A stretch of DNA of 64,000 nucleotides from Alphaproteobacteria bacterium (GTDB lineage: Bacteria; Pseudomonadota; Alphaproteobacteria; UBA828), in the NCBI GenBank assembly GCA_965220745.1, contig CBDCQT010000010.1:160001-224000 (forward strand), given 5' to 3'. Below the pieces are notes generated by a model. It was not told the DNA's origin. It saw only the letters and a program-made list of their open reading frames with translations, and made no database searches. The position numbers were made by a program, and so were the translations under genes. How positions within the stretch are numbered: position 1 is the first letter of the stretch; each line of letters begins with the position of its first letter. Positions 9,658 through 20,204 of this stretch are shown here, in pieces.

Positions 9658-10338
9658 TCATGCCCGTGTGAACTTCCAGACCACCTTTCCGACGATGTGG
9701 GCCTCTTCTGCGCGGCACTCGTAGGCCGGATAGTCGGGATTGGCGGATAGCAGGCTGAGCATGCCGTCTGCGGAGAGGCCGGCGACGCGCTTGACGACGA
9801 GGCCGGTGCCGTCCCAGAGCACGAACAACTCGCCCGTGACGGGGATGCGCCTTGCGGTGTCGACAACGACGCGGTCGCCGTCGCGCAACTCGGGCTCCAT
9901 CGAGTTGCCGCGTACGCGGAGGATGCGGAGCGCATCGGGGTCGGCGTGGCCCTCGTGGCGGACCATGACCTCCGGCAGGCGCCAGCGCGCCCTCTCCTGA
10001 ACGAACTCCTCGGCGAAGGCGCCCGGCCCGGCGGAGGCCTCGACCTCGACCTCCGTGACGGTGGCGAGCGCGGGTCCGGCGGCGGGGGTCTTGCGCCGCT
10101 TGCCTTTCCAGGGCTTGGGCGCCGGAAGCTCGTCGTGGCGGAAGTCGGCGGGATCCGAGCCGAGGAGCTTTCCCAGCGCCTCGCTGTCCTGGTGCGAGAG
10201 CACCCGGGGCATGCGGCGTGAGAAGTACTGGTGAAGGTAGGCCTTGTTGCGTCCGATGGCGAGGGAGGCCTCGGCGAGGGACATTCCGTTCTTCCATAGC
10301 GCCTGGCGCAGGCTGTCTCGCGGTGGATCGGGACTCAT
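9658..10338 (-). CDS. S24 (LexA/CI-like) HTH-peptidase repressor
   Basis: SLAIGRNKAYLHQY HTH; VRGNSMEP, VVKR, LSANPDY, IVGKV. Confidence 0.9.
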   Translation of the reverse strand: MSPDPPRDSLRQALWKNGMSLAEASLAIGRNKAYLHQYFSRRMPRVLSHQDSEALGKLLGSDPADFRHDELPAPKPWKGKRRKTPAAGPALATVTEVEVEASAGPGAFAEEFVQERARWRLPEVMVRHEGHADPDALRILRVRGNSMEPELRDGDRVVVDTARRIPVTGELFVLWDGTGLVVKRVAGLSADGMLSLLSANPDYPAYECRAEEAHIVGKVVWKFTRA

Positions 10339-10427
10339 GTCATCTCCTTGCGCGTGTGCCGGGAGTGCAGTCTATTTCCTAAAAAACCCTATTGTCAATG
10401 GCTCATGTTCCGCTTATGTTCACCCGC

Positions 10428-10757
10428 ATGGATACTCTCGACCGCTGCATCCGTGACTTGATCCTGGCCAATCCGAAGCGCTCCGGCCCCTCGGGCCGGC
10501 GCGTCGGAGCGAAGGTGCCCGGCCGCCCCGGCGTCGCCGCGCCGCTCACGCGCCGGCGTCGGACAAGCCCGGATGCCGGGGACAAGACCGCGCGGCGCCA
10601 ACGATGGGCGGTGGCCCACCCACGACCTGCGCGGTCTCGACGGCCGCGTCGCCGGGGACGAGTGCATCGTCGTGTCGAGTCCGAGGACGAATGCGGCCGC
10701 GACGGGCATGGAATGGGCGCCAGAGAAAATAAATTTTTCTGTAGCGAATCTACTTAA
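10428..10757 (+). pseudogene. Possible degenerate Cro-like HTH divergent from the S24 repressor
   Basis: Divergent position across a short AT-rich spacer; weak resemblance only. Confidence 0.3.
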
Positions 10758-11072
10758 AAAGAACACCTGAGACGACATAGGAGGACATAAGACGACAAAT
10801 AGGTCGATAAGCATATGTAATCATTGCGCTATACGAGTTGACAGCCCACTTGTCAGGGGTTCTTTTGATTACCATAAACGACCGGAAGGAGCTGTAGCGG
10901 CAATGTTAATGAGGAAGGTTTCAGTGAAATCTACGAGCTGTTCGCGGGCCTTTTCCACGGTCTCGCGGCGCGGTCTGCGCCGCAGCCTGCAAGGCCCGGG
11001 GGCGGCGTCCCTTCCGCCGTGCGCGCCGTCCCGCGGCCGCCTCATGCAGGCGCCGTTCTCGACCAAGGGGAG

Positions 11073-13061
11073 ATGAATGAGATGAGAACCTTTGAGCTGT
11101 CCATCTGCGCCCTCCTGCTCGCCGCAGGCGGAGGCTGGGCGATCTGGCTCACCACCGGCTACAGGCCGAACGACCTCGCCGCCGCCGCTCTCGCGCTCGC
11201 GGCTGCGGCGTCGCTCGCGGCCTACTACGTGACCGGACGCGAGCGCTCCGGAGGCTGGATCCGCTTCGGCCTCTACAGCGCGGGCCTCTCGGTCTCCATC
11301 GCGTCGTTCTGGACCGGCATCGTGCGCCCCGTCGGGGCGGTCCAGTGGCCCGACGCCACCCTGGACTGGCTGCTCGGGCTGGAAGGGTCCGGGCTGGTCA
11401 TGCTGGTGCTCCCGATCGCGGCCGTCCCGGTGCTGGCCCTGCTCTGGTGCGGGGCGGCTTTCCATCTGATCGGGCAGGCCGGCGGCGGTGGGCGCCGACG
11501 GCGCGCGAAGTCCGACCTCCACGGCAGGGCCGCGCTGCTGGACCGGCGCTCCATGCGCAAGCTGGCGAAACGCCGGGGCATCCTGCTCGGCCAGTGGGGC
11601 GAGCGAAAGAACGCGCCCCTGATCGGCTGGTCCCTGGAGGGCTCGGCCATCACCGTCGCGCCGCCCCGCGCCGGAAAGGGCGCACTCATCGCCCTAAACC
11701 TGCTCGCGCCCGAGGGCCGCGGCTTCGACGGCTCCACCGTCACCATCGACCCGCGCGGCGAGCTCTATTGCATCGCCGCGCGCCGCCGCCGGGAGATGGG
11801 CCGGCGGACCGTGCTCATCGACCCCTTCGGGGTGGTGAGGAAGCACAGGGAGGATTTCGGGGGGTGCCTGGTGCCGGAGGTGATCAGCTCCACCTACAAC
11901 CCGCTCTCGTTCATCCGCGAGGACGAAGGCCTCGCTGTGCGCGACATCAACGTGCTGCTCGACGCTCTTCTGACCCCGCCCCGTCCGGGCGCTCCCGAGA
12001 ACAGCCGGCACTTCTACGAGTCCGCCCGCGCCATCGTCGCGGGATACATGGCCTGGGTGCGCTTCCGCGAGCCGCCCGAGTTCCAGACCCTGGGCATGGT
12101 GCATCGCCTGCTCTCCATGGGGCCGGGCGAGCGGGAGGAGTTCGCCGAGCTGGTCCGCAGAACGGAGCGCTTCGCCGGCGGTCTGACCCATATCGCCGTC
12201 GAGCGCCAGGCGCAGGTGGGCAAGGAGGAAGGCGGGTCCAACTTCAGCACCATCGCCAACCAGCTCTCCTTCCTCAACTATCCGGAGCTGCTCGAACACA
12301 CCTCCAAGCAGAGGGGCTTCAACCCGCTGATGCTGGCAGACGGCGACATCGATCTCTTCGTCGTGGTGCCGGAGGAGACCGTCGAGCACGTCAAGGGCTG
12401 GCTCCGCCTCTGGGTCGCCATTCCCAACGCCGTCGCGGGCATCAGGCCGCTCGAGCGCGACATGCTGATCGTCATCGACGAGATGCCGAGGCTCGGATAC
12501 CTCAAGCCGGTGATGGACGGCTATACCATGGCCGCCGGCAAGGGGGTGCACTTCTGGTGCTTCGCCCAGTCGATCTCGGCGCTGGATTCGACCTGGGGCA
12601 GGGAGCACCGCAAGACGCTGCTGGACCTCGCCGAGGTCGTCCAGATCCTCGGCTTCCCGCGCACCGACGCAGAAGGCGCGGAGGAGATGTCCAAGGCCAT
12701 CGGCACCGCCACCTTCGAGGGCCGGACCGAGAGCCGCTCGGGCAGCGTCTCGGACAGCCGCGTGGTCGCCGGCAACACCCAGTGGCAGGCCGGAGAATCC
12801 TTCAGTCTGGTGCGCGAGCGGCTGGTGACGCCCGACGAGCTGATGACGCTGGCGCCGGACCGGCAGTACGTAATCGGTGCGGCGAAGGACATCAAGCGCG
12901 ACGCGCTTCATCTCCACCACGCGCACTACTGGGAGCGGCCGGACACGCGCTTCCTGGCCGACCCCAACCCGTACGTTCTGCGCAAGGAGATGGCGGCGGC
13001 CAACGCCGCTGCGGGCGGCGGAACGCGCCGGCCGACGACGATCATGGGAGGTGCGGAATGA
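11073..13061 (+). CDS. virD4: Type IV coupling protein VirD4/TraG family
   Basis: N-terminal TM segments, APPRAGKG Walker A, IDPRGEL, LIDPFG, YNPL, IVIDEMP Walker B, RLVTPDEL. Confidence 0.88.
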   Translation: MNEMRTFELSICALLLAAGGGWAIWLTTGYRPNDLAAAALALAAAASLAAYYVTGRERSGGWIRFGLYSAGLSVSIASFWTGIVRPVGAVQWPDATLDWLLGLEGSGLVMLVLPIAAVPVLALLWCGAAFHLIGQAGGGGRRRRAKSDLHGRAALLDRRSMRKLAKRRGILLGQWGERKNAPLIGWSLEGSAITVAPPRAGKGALIALNLLAPEGRGFDGSTVTIDPRGELYCIAARRRREMGRRTVLIDPFGVVRKHREDFGGCLVPEVISSTYNPLSFIREDEGLAVRDINVLLDALLTPPRPGAPENSRHFYESARAIVAGYMAWVRFREPPEFQTLGMVHRLLSMGPGEREEFAELVRRTERFAGGLTHIAVERQAQVGKEEGGSNFSTIANQLSFLNYPELLEHTSKQRGFNPLMLADGDIDLFVVVPEETVEHVKGWLRLWVAIPNAVAGIRPLERDMLIVIDEMPRLGYLKPVMDGYTMAAGKGVHFWCFAQSISALDSTWGREHRKTLLDLAEVVQILGFPRTDAEGAEEMSKAIGTATFEGRTESRSGSVSDSRVVAGNTQWQAGESFSLVRERLVTPDELMTLAPDRQYVIGAAKDIKRDALHLHHAHYWERPDTRFLADPNPYVLRKEMAAANAAAGGGTRRPTTIMGGAE

Positions 13062-13801
13062 CTGCCAGGAGGCCCAAGATGCCGGTTGGCATCGACCTGG
13101 ATGATGACCATGAGGAGACACGGCCCGTCAACGGGCAGCGGCACGAGCCGTGGAACGAATCCCGCGGCGGCGAGCCGGCGGGGGATGAGTCGGCAGGCGC
13201 GGGCGGCGCGCCTGCCGGCGACGGCCCGGCCCCGCCGGCGCCCGATGCCGGGGCTGACCCCGCTCCGGCGGAGAAGCGCGGTGGCGTTGCGCGGGCAGAC
13301 GGCGAAAGCTGGCTCTTCGCGCGCTATGTCGCGGAAAAGATCGCCGAGTACGAAGGACGTGGAGAGGAACTGCCACAGCCAGCGCAGGAAGACGCGGTCG
13401 AGCCGGCCGAACCGCACGGCGGGGGCGCTGCCGAGACAGGAGAGGAGCCCGAGCGATTGCCGGACGAGGCTCGCGAGCCCCGGGACGCGGCGATGAGCGC
13501 GGCTGCGGAACTCGCGGCCGCGCTCCGCGCCTTCAAGGCCGACTTCGTGCATTGGGCCGATAACGAAAGGCGCCGGCGCCGGCGCTGGGCGGGTCTCGCG
13601 ATGGCAGCGGGCTTCCCCGCCTGCGTCCTTCTCGGCCTGCTGGTCCAGGTGCAGTTCGAGGTCATCCCCCTGCACGACCCCACACAAGGCTGGGGTGAGC
13701 ACGTCTGGAACACATACGGACGGACCATCGTCGATTGCGAGCACGAGGCCATGCGGACGGACACGGTTGTCGAATGTCCGCTGACGGTGGGTCGGCCGTG
13801 A
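13058..13801 (+). CDS. Hypothetical single-TM protein with acidic disordered N-terminus
   Basis: ATGA overlap with virD4 stop; GGGAGG RBS; RRRRRR followed by TM segment. Confidence 0.65.
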   Translation: MTARRPKMPVGIDLDDDHEETRPVNGQRHEPWNESRGGEPAGDESAGAGGAPAGDGPAPPAPDAGADPAPAEKRGGVARADGESWLFARYVAEKIAEYEGRGEELPQPAQEDAVEPAEPHGGGAAETGEEPERLPDEAREPRDAAMSAAAELAAALRAFKADFVHWADNERRRRRRWAGLAMAAGFPACVLLGLLVQVQFEVIPLHDPTQGWGEHVWNTYGRTIVDCEHEAMRTDTVVECPLTVGRP

Positions 13802-13866
13802 CTGCGGTGGAGAGAAGGCGGCGGGAAATGCGAACCCCGCCGCAACGAAACGGGAGGAGACGGGCG

Positions 13867-14079
13867 ATGAGCACCGGCATGGTGCGCGAGCTGATGCGCC
13901 GCGAGGAGGTCGAGGAGCGCTTCAGCGTCTCGCGAAGCTGGATCTATTGCGAGATGCGCGCCGGGCGCTTCCCGGAGCCGGTGAAGATCGGCAAGCGCAG
14001 CGTGAGATGGCGGGTGGTGGACCTCGACGAGTGGGCTGCCGGCAGGCCCGTCGCGCACGGAGACAACAGCGACCGCTGA
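13867..14079 (+). CDS. alpA: AlpA-family regulator/excisionase-like
   Basis: SVSRSWIY..MRAGRFPEPVKIGKRSVRW; GGAGGAG RBS. Confidence 0.88.
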   Translation: MSTGMVRELMRREEVEERFSVSRSWIYCEMRAGRFPEPVKIGKRSVRWRVVDLDEWAAGRPVAHGDNSDR

Positions 14080-14365
14080 TCGCCACCGGCGCTCGGCGCC
14101 GTCAGGCTCCGACCCGGGGCACTCGCATGTTCAAGGGAAACAGCGTCGGCACCGCCGCCGTCTCATGCGCGACGGCAGGTAACCGCTTGCTCAGACCGGG
14201 GAAGTCCGAACCGGGGGAGGCAGGAAACAACGTCTTCGGCGAGAGCCGCAGTTCAGGATCCGGCGAAGTGTCCCGCCGTCCGCATATGGGTGGTCCCTGC
14301 GACCGGTCGGACGCGGTCAGCGGCGGCGGCTGCCGGGCGTGGTGGCGCACCCATGAGGCCGCAGC

Positions 14366-14640
14366 CTAGTAGATGCCGAACGGGAAATAGCGGGCGTTGA
14401 TCCGCTCGTAAGTGCCGTTCGCGAGGATGGCCTGCGGCGCGCCGTTCAGGCGCTGCAGAAGGGAAGCGTCCTCATGGCGCACCGCGATGCCGATCCCTTC
14501 GTCCAGCCGGTATCCCTCGCCGGCGAACGCGAAGCCGGCGCCCTCCGGACTCCGAAGCCAGGCGTATGAGCCCAGGCCGTCGCCGAACATCGCATCCAGG
14601 TGGCCCGCAACGAGGTCCGCGAATACGTCGCGGTGCAATA
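14366..14640 (-). pseudogene. C-terminal fragment of polar amino-acid ABC substrate-binding protein
   Basis: DLVAGHLDA...EGIGIAVR...ILANGTYERINARYF; no N-terminus. Confidence 0.75.
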
Positions 14641-14753
14641 CGGTTCGACTCCCGCAGCGACGGTATCGCGATCGGGCCATGTTCGTTGTGACGTGAACTC
14701 CTGTGTCGTGAACTCCTGGTGGCACCTAGCGAGCTTCTTGGTTACCCTAACGA

Positions 14754-14993
14754 ATGCCGAGCGCCACGTTTGACGCCTACGCAGCCGCAAAGTCGCTCCG
14801 CGAGGCGGGTTTCGACGAAGCTCAAGCAGAGGCCGCCGTTGGGATGGTACGCGATGCTGTTACAGAAGGAGTCGCCACCAAAGCCGATCTGAAAGCCGAG
14901 ATAGCCGGCCTTGAATCCCGGATAACGTGGCGGATTGTGGCTGTCGCCCTAGCCAACGCGGGTCTCACCGTTGCCTTGCTCAAGTTGCTGTAG
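14754..14993 (+). CDS. DUF1640/CCDC90-like small membrane-anchored protein
   Basis: FDAYAAAKSLREAGFDEAQAEA, ATKADL, C-terminal TM. Confidence 0.8.
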   Translation: MPSATFDAYAAAKSLREAGFDEAQAEAAVGMVRDAVTEGVATKADLKAEIAGLESRITWRIVAVALANAGLTVALLKLL

Positions 14994-15163
14994 CCCTTGA
15001 CCGACAAAGCTTTCTGCCCGTTGCCATCAGGGCTGGCTCGCCTGAACCGACATCCGCATTCGCAAGCGCTGCAGCGTACAACACCACGCCACTTTCGCCG
15101 TTAAGGTTAGCATTATCGCACCATTTTGGGTACTTCCCTTGATTAGATGAAAAGGAGTGTCTC

Positions 15164-15820
15164 ATGATTATTCGCATATGTATAGTCGCGATAATGATGG
15201 TGTCAATGAGTAACACATCACTTGCTGGAACATGCTCTTGCGCACCCGAAATCAATAACGCGAGTGCTGAAGTCTCTAGCAGTTGTAGTAAGCTTTGGAG
15301 CAGCGGTCACTGTACGCTGAAGGAGTCATATACGGCAACCACACAATTGCGTCTGCAATTCGGAAGCAATCCTTACGATGGCATTTCTGAACTACAGCGT
15401 GCGCTTGAACAAATTTTCGACAATCAGACCTGGAACTTATACACATTTGAACCGACCGAATTAGCTATGGACTTTATGGAATACGAGTATATTGATCGTG
15501 CGCAGAACAACTGCGGTTCCCGTACGTTTGTCGAGAATACACACCTGGTGATGATATTGTTAAACCCGCTACTCACGATTGAGGACGATAACAGCATAGC
15601 TCTACTGTTGGAGCCCTCTATCGTTTCATCGCTCATTAATGCTGTGCTTCAGCATGAAGTTGCAGACAAGGTATGCACGGCGTCTGATATCAGCGTGGTG
15701 GACATCCCACAACTGAAGTTACTCTTTGGTCATGGCTGCATCGGGCACGGCAACAGAGAGAGATATTTTGTTACAAATCTCGGGGGATTCAGTGACTGCC
15801 TGCGGCAGATAGAATTCTGA
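15164..15820 (+). CDS. Hypothetical secreted Cys-containing protein (low GC)
   Basis: AAGGAG RBS, signal-peptide-like N-terminus, long ORF in AT-rich DNA. Confidence 0.72.
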   Translation: MIIRICIVAIMMVSMSNTSLAGTCSCAPEINNASAEVSSSCSKLWSSGHCTLKESYTATTQLRLQFGSNPYDGISELQRALEQIFDNQTWNLYTFEPTELAMDFMEYEYIDRAQNNCGSRTFVENTHLVMILLNPLLTIEDDNSIALLLEPSIVSSLINAVLQHEVADKVCTASDISVVDIPQLKLLFGHGCIGHGNRERYFVTNLGGFSDCLRQIEF

Positions 15821-15832
15821 CGAGCTGCTACC

Positions 15833-16546
15833 GTGGCCGGTGACAGGAAGAGCGAGAGCGCTACGTGCGCGGCCAAGACCGATATCGGACCAAGGCAGGC
15901 ATTCTCGAAGAGCACAAGTCAAACGGTTTGGATTTGCGCAGTTCTATTTGCGCTGCTTGTTCTATGGATCTATGTGGTCGGCGCACCGCCCCAAACGGTA
16001 GAGGCGATGCTAGCAGATGTCCTGCTTGGCGCGCTTGTCGCCGTATTCGGCATTGGGGTCGTGGGCGGTACGATCGAATGGAAGAGCAGTGTACGTGGTA
16101 TCGGTAAACTTAAAGTGACGGGAGGACTTGCAATCATCATACTTGTCGGTTTCCAGTTCCGTCCAATTTATTCCGTCACCGAACAAATACCTTATCAGGA
16201 ACATTTTAGACTTAGCGGACAGGAAACAATCGGAGCAATATTAGAGTTGTACGAACACCAATATAGTACTAACGTAGAAGGCGCGATAGATCTCAAGATT
16301 CCAAACGATGCTCGAGAGGAGATTATGAGATTTCGCACTGCGCCAGTTGGAACGGAAATTGTCTTTAGCGCCAATTGGGGATTTTGGCCACGAAATCCTA
16401 AGTTGCGTGTTCTTGATCAGATAGAGGATCGACAGAATTGTCTTTCGTTTGTGGAAGACGACAAGAATGTTATTGCTAAGCTAGACCGTGCTAGCGTCAT
16501 ACGAGCGAGAAATGGAGGAATCAACGTATATCTTTGCGAGAATTGA
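15833..16546 (+). CDS. Hypothetical protein with ~3 N-terminal TM helices (low GC)
   Basis: Long ORF 12 nt after the previous stop; hydrophobic segments. Confidence 0.68.
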   Translation: MAGDRKSESATCAAKTDIGPRQAFSKSTSQTVWICAVLFALLVLWIYVVGAPPQTVEAMLADVLLGALVAVFGIGVVGGTIEWKSSVRGIGKLKVTGGLAIIILVGFQFRPIYSVTEQIPYQEHFRLSGQETIGAILELYEHQYSTNVEGAIDLKIPNDAREEIMRFRTAPVGTEIVFSANWGFWPRNPKLRVLDQIEDRQNCLSFVEDDKNVIAKLDRASVIRARNGGINVYLCEN

Positions 16547-18300
16547 GGCCGGTTAGCTAATCTCAATGCATGACACTTAGACGTAACCTCAGACTTCCCG
16601 ACAGTATAACTCTCGCACCGCGAGCCGAGATGCACCGAAGCAAATTGGATTAGATGTGGCGTTCGCGGCTATTGGCAAGATTGGCGGAGGTCGTGGCCAG
16701 TATCACTGGCCTTTTAGTTGCGCAAAGCCTACGGTACCGATTGAACAAGTTTTCTGCCAAACAACCGGTCCTTTGCAACGCCTTCACCCGGTGAGACCCA
16801 ACGTTGTCGATGTGTCTGGTGATTCGCTGGTCAGGAACGCCACGAAGCTCCTTTACGTGTTGGGTTGGTGAATGTTTTTCGGAACTTCCTAGTTTGGAGT
16901 CTTGATGTTATCCCAAATCCGGCATTTGAGCGCGGCCTGGATCACGGGAATCGCTTGTAGACTGGGGGCATGAGCGAATCGAGAGAGGCCCTTGAGGGTC
17001 ACCCTGCGGGTGATGGTCCCAGCGCTGTGCGGGAGGTCGCCCGAGAGGCCGTGAAGCTGGACACCTTCGGCGGCACGGTTCATGTCGAATGGGATCCGGA
17101 CGCGGCGGCGACGCCGTTGGGTCACCTGGCCTTCTTCGCGGAATACCTGAAGGTGAGCGGCCGCTTCGACGCGCTGGTGGCGGACTGTCCGCTGCACTAC
17201 ACGAGCCCGAACGCGCCGTCTAAGCGGGACGTGCTGGGGACGGTGCTTCTGTCGGTCCTCGCGGGGCAGTGGCGCTATGCGCACATCACCGCGCTGCGCG
17301 GCGACGGGGTCAATCCGTCGCTGCTGGGCATGACCAAGGTGGCGAGCGAGGACTCCGTTCGGCGCGGTCTGGAGCGGATCGGGGCGGAGGATGGCGCGTC
17401 CTGGCTTCGAAGCCATCTTGACGACACGGTGCGGCCTTTGCTGAGCGAGCCGTGGGTTCTGGATTGCGACACCACGATCAAGCCGCTCTACGGCCACCAG
17501 GAGGGGGCGGTGGCGAGCTACAACCCGAAGAAGCCGGGTCGTCCCTCGCACGCCTACCACGCGTTTCTGATGGCGGGCACGCGCCTTGTTCTGGAGGTCG
17601 ACGTTGCGCCGGGCAACCGCCACCGCTCGAAGAGCGCGGCGCCCTCGCTGTGGGCCCTGCTTGAGCGCCTCGGCCGTGAGCACTGGCCGCGGCTTGTCCG
17701 GGGCGACAAGGACTGGGGGAGCGAGGGCAACATGGCGTCGTGCGAGGGGGCGGGGCTGGACTATCTGTTCAAGCTGCGCCTGACGAAAGGCGCGCGCCGC
17801 CTTGCGGAGCGCCTGATGGGGCGTGACGGATGGGAGGACGCGGGCCAGGGCTGGTGGGGTATCGAGGCCGAGCTTCGTCTGCAGGGCTGGAGCCGGACGC
17901 GCCGCGTCGTTGTGCTGCGCCGGCGGCTTCCCGGGACTGTGTGTTGATGACGGCCAGGGCGATCTGTTCTGGGCCGACGCGCAGCCTGGCACCAGGGTAT
18001 GGGAGTTCGCGGTTCTGGCGACATCGCTGAATCTTGAGGTTCGCTCGATCGCCCAGCTCTATCGGGATCGGGCTGACGCGGAGAACGCCTTCGACGAGTT
18101 GAAGAACCAGTGGGGCTGGGGCGGCTTCACCACGCGGGACTTGAAGCGCTGCCAGCACATGGCCCGTCTGATCGCGCTAACCTACAACTGGTGGAGCCTG
18201 TTCGTGCGGCTGGCCGATCCCGATCGCCACCGCGAGGCGATCACCAGCCGGCGGCTTCTGCTGCACGGGATTGCGCGTCGGACCCAGCATGCCGGTCAGA

Positions 18301-20204
18301 CCCAACTTCAACAGTAGACGCCTGATTTGGGGCGGGGCCTGTCGAGCAAGTCATTGAAATAGCTCAATATCGTGAGTCCTGGTCGGGCATTCTCCAAAAG
18401 TGTAGTGAAAACATTTTCTCGGTTATGGCCTATATGACTTGATATCGGCGCTGACTCCGTAGACAACATCACAATGTTCGTCTGCGAAAAGGTCGCCCGA
18501 GGGCACCGCTATCTCTATCTCGTCGAGAGCGTGCGCGAAGGCAAGCGGGTCCGCCAGCGCACGATCCGCGCGCTGGGCCGCAAGGACGTTCTCCAGGCCA
18601 GCGGCCAGCTCGATCGGCTGATCGCCTCTTTCGCGCGCCACTCCGAGCGCTCCATGGTGCTTTCCGACATGGAGGCCGGGCGTCTCGCCTGCATCCGTAT
18701 TGGCGGGCCCCTTCTGTTCGGGCGGCTCTGGGAGCGTCTAGACCTTGGCGAGGTCCTGAACGAGCTCGTGAGCGGCCGCGGCTTCGAGTTCACCCTCGAG
18801 CGGGCCGTCTTCGTCAGCGTCCTGCACCGCCTGTTCGTCTCCGGCTCGGGCCGTTCGTGCGAGAAGTGGATGGGCGACTACGCCATCCCCGGCGCGGCCG
18901 GTTTGCGCCTGCACCACCTCTATCGGGCGATGGCCTGGTTGGGCGAGGAACTCGAGCCGGCCGGAGACGGCGACCTCGCGCCGCGTTGCGTGAAAGACGA
19001 GATCGAGGAACGTCTGTTCGAGCGTCGGCGTGACCTGTTCACCGATCTGTCGCTGGTCTTCATGGACACCACCACCTTGTCGTTCCACGGTGCAGGCGGG
19101 GAGAGCCTGGGGGCGCACGGCCATTCCAAGGACCACCGGCCGGACCTTCGGCAGATGGTTCTGGCAGTGGTCCTCGATGGCGAAGGCCGCCCGGTGTGCA
19201 CCGAGATGCTGGCCGGGAACACTGCTGACATGACGGTGCTGTTGCCTGTGGTCGACCGTCTGCGCAAACGCTTCGGCATCGGCCGGGTCTGCGTTGTGGC
19301 GGACCGGGGTATGATCTCGGCGGCGACGATCGCGGCGCTTGAGGAGCGCGGCCTGGACTACATCCTTGGCGCGCGCGAGCGGGGCACGGCGGTGATCCGC
19401 GAGATCGTGCTGAAGAACGAGAGGCCGTTTGTGCCGCTTCTTCTCGAACGCGGGCGCAGCGACACTCAGCTCTTCGTCAAGCAGGTGACGGTCCATGGCG
19501 CGCGCTACATCGTATGCCGCAACGAGGCGGAGGCCGAGAAGGACCGAGCCGACCGCCATGCGATCGTCGCCACCCTGGAGAAGCGGCTCTCGGGCGGCGA
19601 CAAGGCGCTGGTCGGCAACGCCGGCTACCGCCGCTATCTGCGCAGGACCGGCGCCGGAAAGGCGTTCGAGATCGACGCCGGCAAGCTCGCCGAGGAGGCC
19701 CGCTTCGACGGCATCTTCGTGCTGCGGACCAACGCCACAATGACGCCGCTCAATGCGGTGCTGAGATACAGGGAGCTGCTCCTGGTCGAGGATCTGTTCA
19801 GGCGGGCGAAGGTGCAGCTGCGCACGCGGCCGATCTACCACTCCTGCGACGCGGCGATCCGGGGCCATGTCTTCTGCTCCTTCCTGGCGCTGGTGCTGCA
19901 GAAGGAGCTGGCCGACCTCTGCCGGTCCCACGAGGTCAGCGTCGAATGGGACGATCTGATCCGGGATCTCGACCGCCTGCAGGAGGCGACCATCGAGAAG
20001 GATGGCAAGCGCGTCACCACGCGCACCTACGTCGAAGGGCAGGTCGGGCGCGTCTTCCAGGCCGCAGGCGTCGCCTTGCCGCCCAACTGGCGCGAACACC
20101 CCGTCTGACCCTTCACATCCCTGAAATGTAGTGGAGACACCCGGCAGCGCCGGCGTAATCTGCTGTTTCTACGAATACTTTGGAATCACACTGTTGAAGT
20201 TGGG
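18301..20204 (+). mobile_element. IS1634-family element, complete
   Basis: Perfect TIRs CCCAACTTCAACAGT / ACTGTTGAAGTTGGG; TCAGA duplication 18296-18300 and 20205-20209. Confidence 0.92.
18474..20108 (+). CDS. IS1634-family transposase
   Basis: YLYLVESVRE, FMDTT, GHSKDHRPDL, VADRGM, VEDLFR..K..LRTRPIYH, IRGHVFCSFLAL. Confidence 0.93.
   Translation: MFVCEKVARGHRYLYLVESVREGKRVRQRTIRALGRKDVLQASGQLDRLIASFARHSERSMVLSDMEAGRLACIRIGGPLLFGRLWERLDLGEVLNELVSGRGFEFTLERAVFVSVLHRLFVSGSGRSCEKWMGDYAIPGAAGLRLHHLYRAMAWLGEELEPAGDGDLAPRCVKDEIEERLFERRRDLFTDLSLVFMDTTTLSFHGAGGESLGAHGHSKDHRPDLRQMVLAVVLDGEGRPVCTEMLAGNTADMTVLLPVVDRLRKRFGIGRVCVVADRGMISAATIAALEERGLDYILGARERGTAVIREIVLKNERPFVPLLLERGRSDTQLFVKQVTVHGARYIVCRNEAEAEKDRADRHAIVATLEKRLSGGDKALVGNAGYRRYLRRTGAGKAFEIDAGKLAEEARFDGIFVLRTNATMTPLNAVLRYRELLLVEDLFRRAKVQLRTRPIYHSCDAAIRGHVFCSFLALVLQKELADLCRSHEVSVEWDDLIRDLDRLQEATIEKDGKRVTTRTYVEGQVGRVFQAAGVALPPNWREHPV

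Noticed and set aside
9201-9671. ORFs between the integrase and S24 repressor
   Set aside because: No recognisable motif or clear RBS in any frame; left uncalled.
11345-13057. Long overlapping or antisense ORFs (e.g. 11345-13801, 32553-34853, 49131-50963)
   Set aside because: Arg/Ala/Pro-rich shadow frames typical of high-GC coding DNA; only 13058-13801 of the first is credible.
14692-14718. Tandem CGTGAACTCCTG duplication as an att site
   Set aside because: No partner copy seen elsewhere; probably a local duplication scar.
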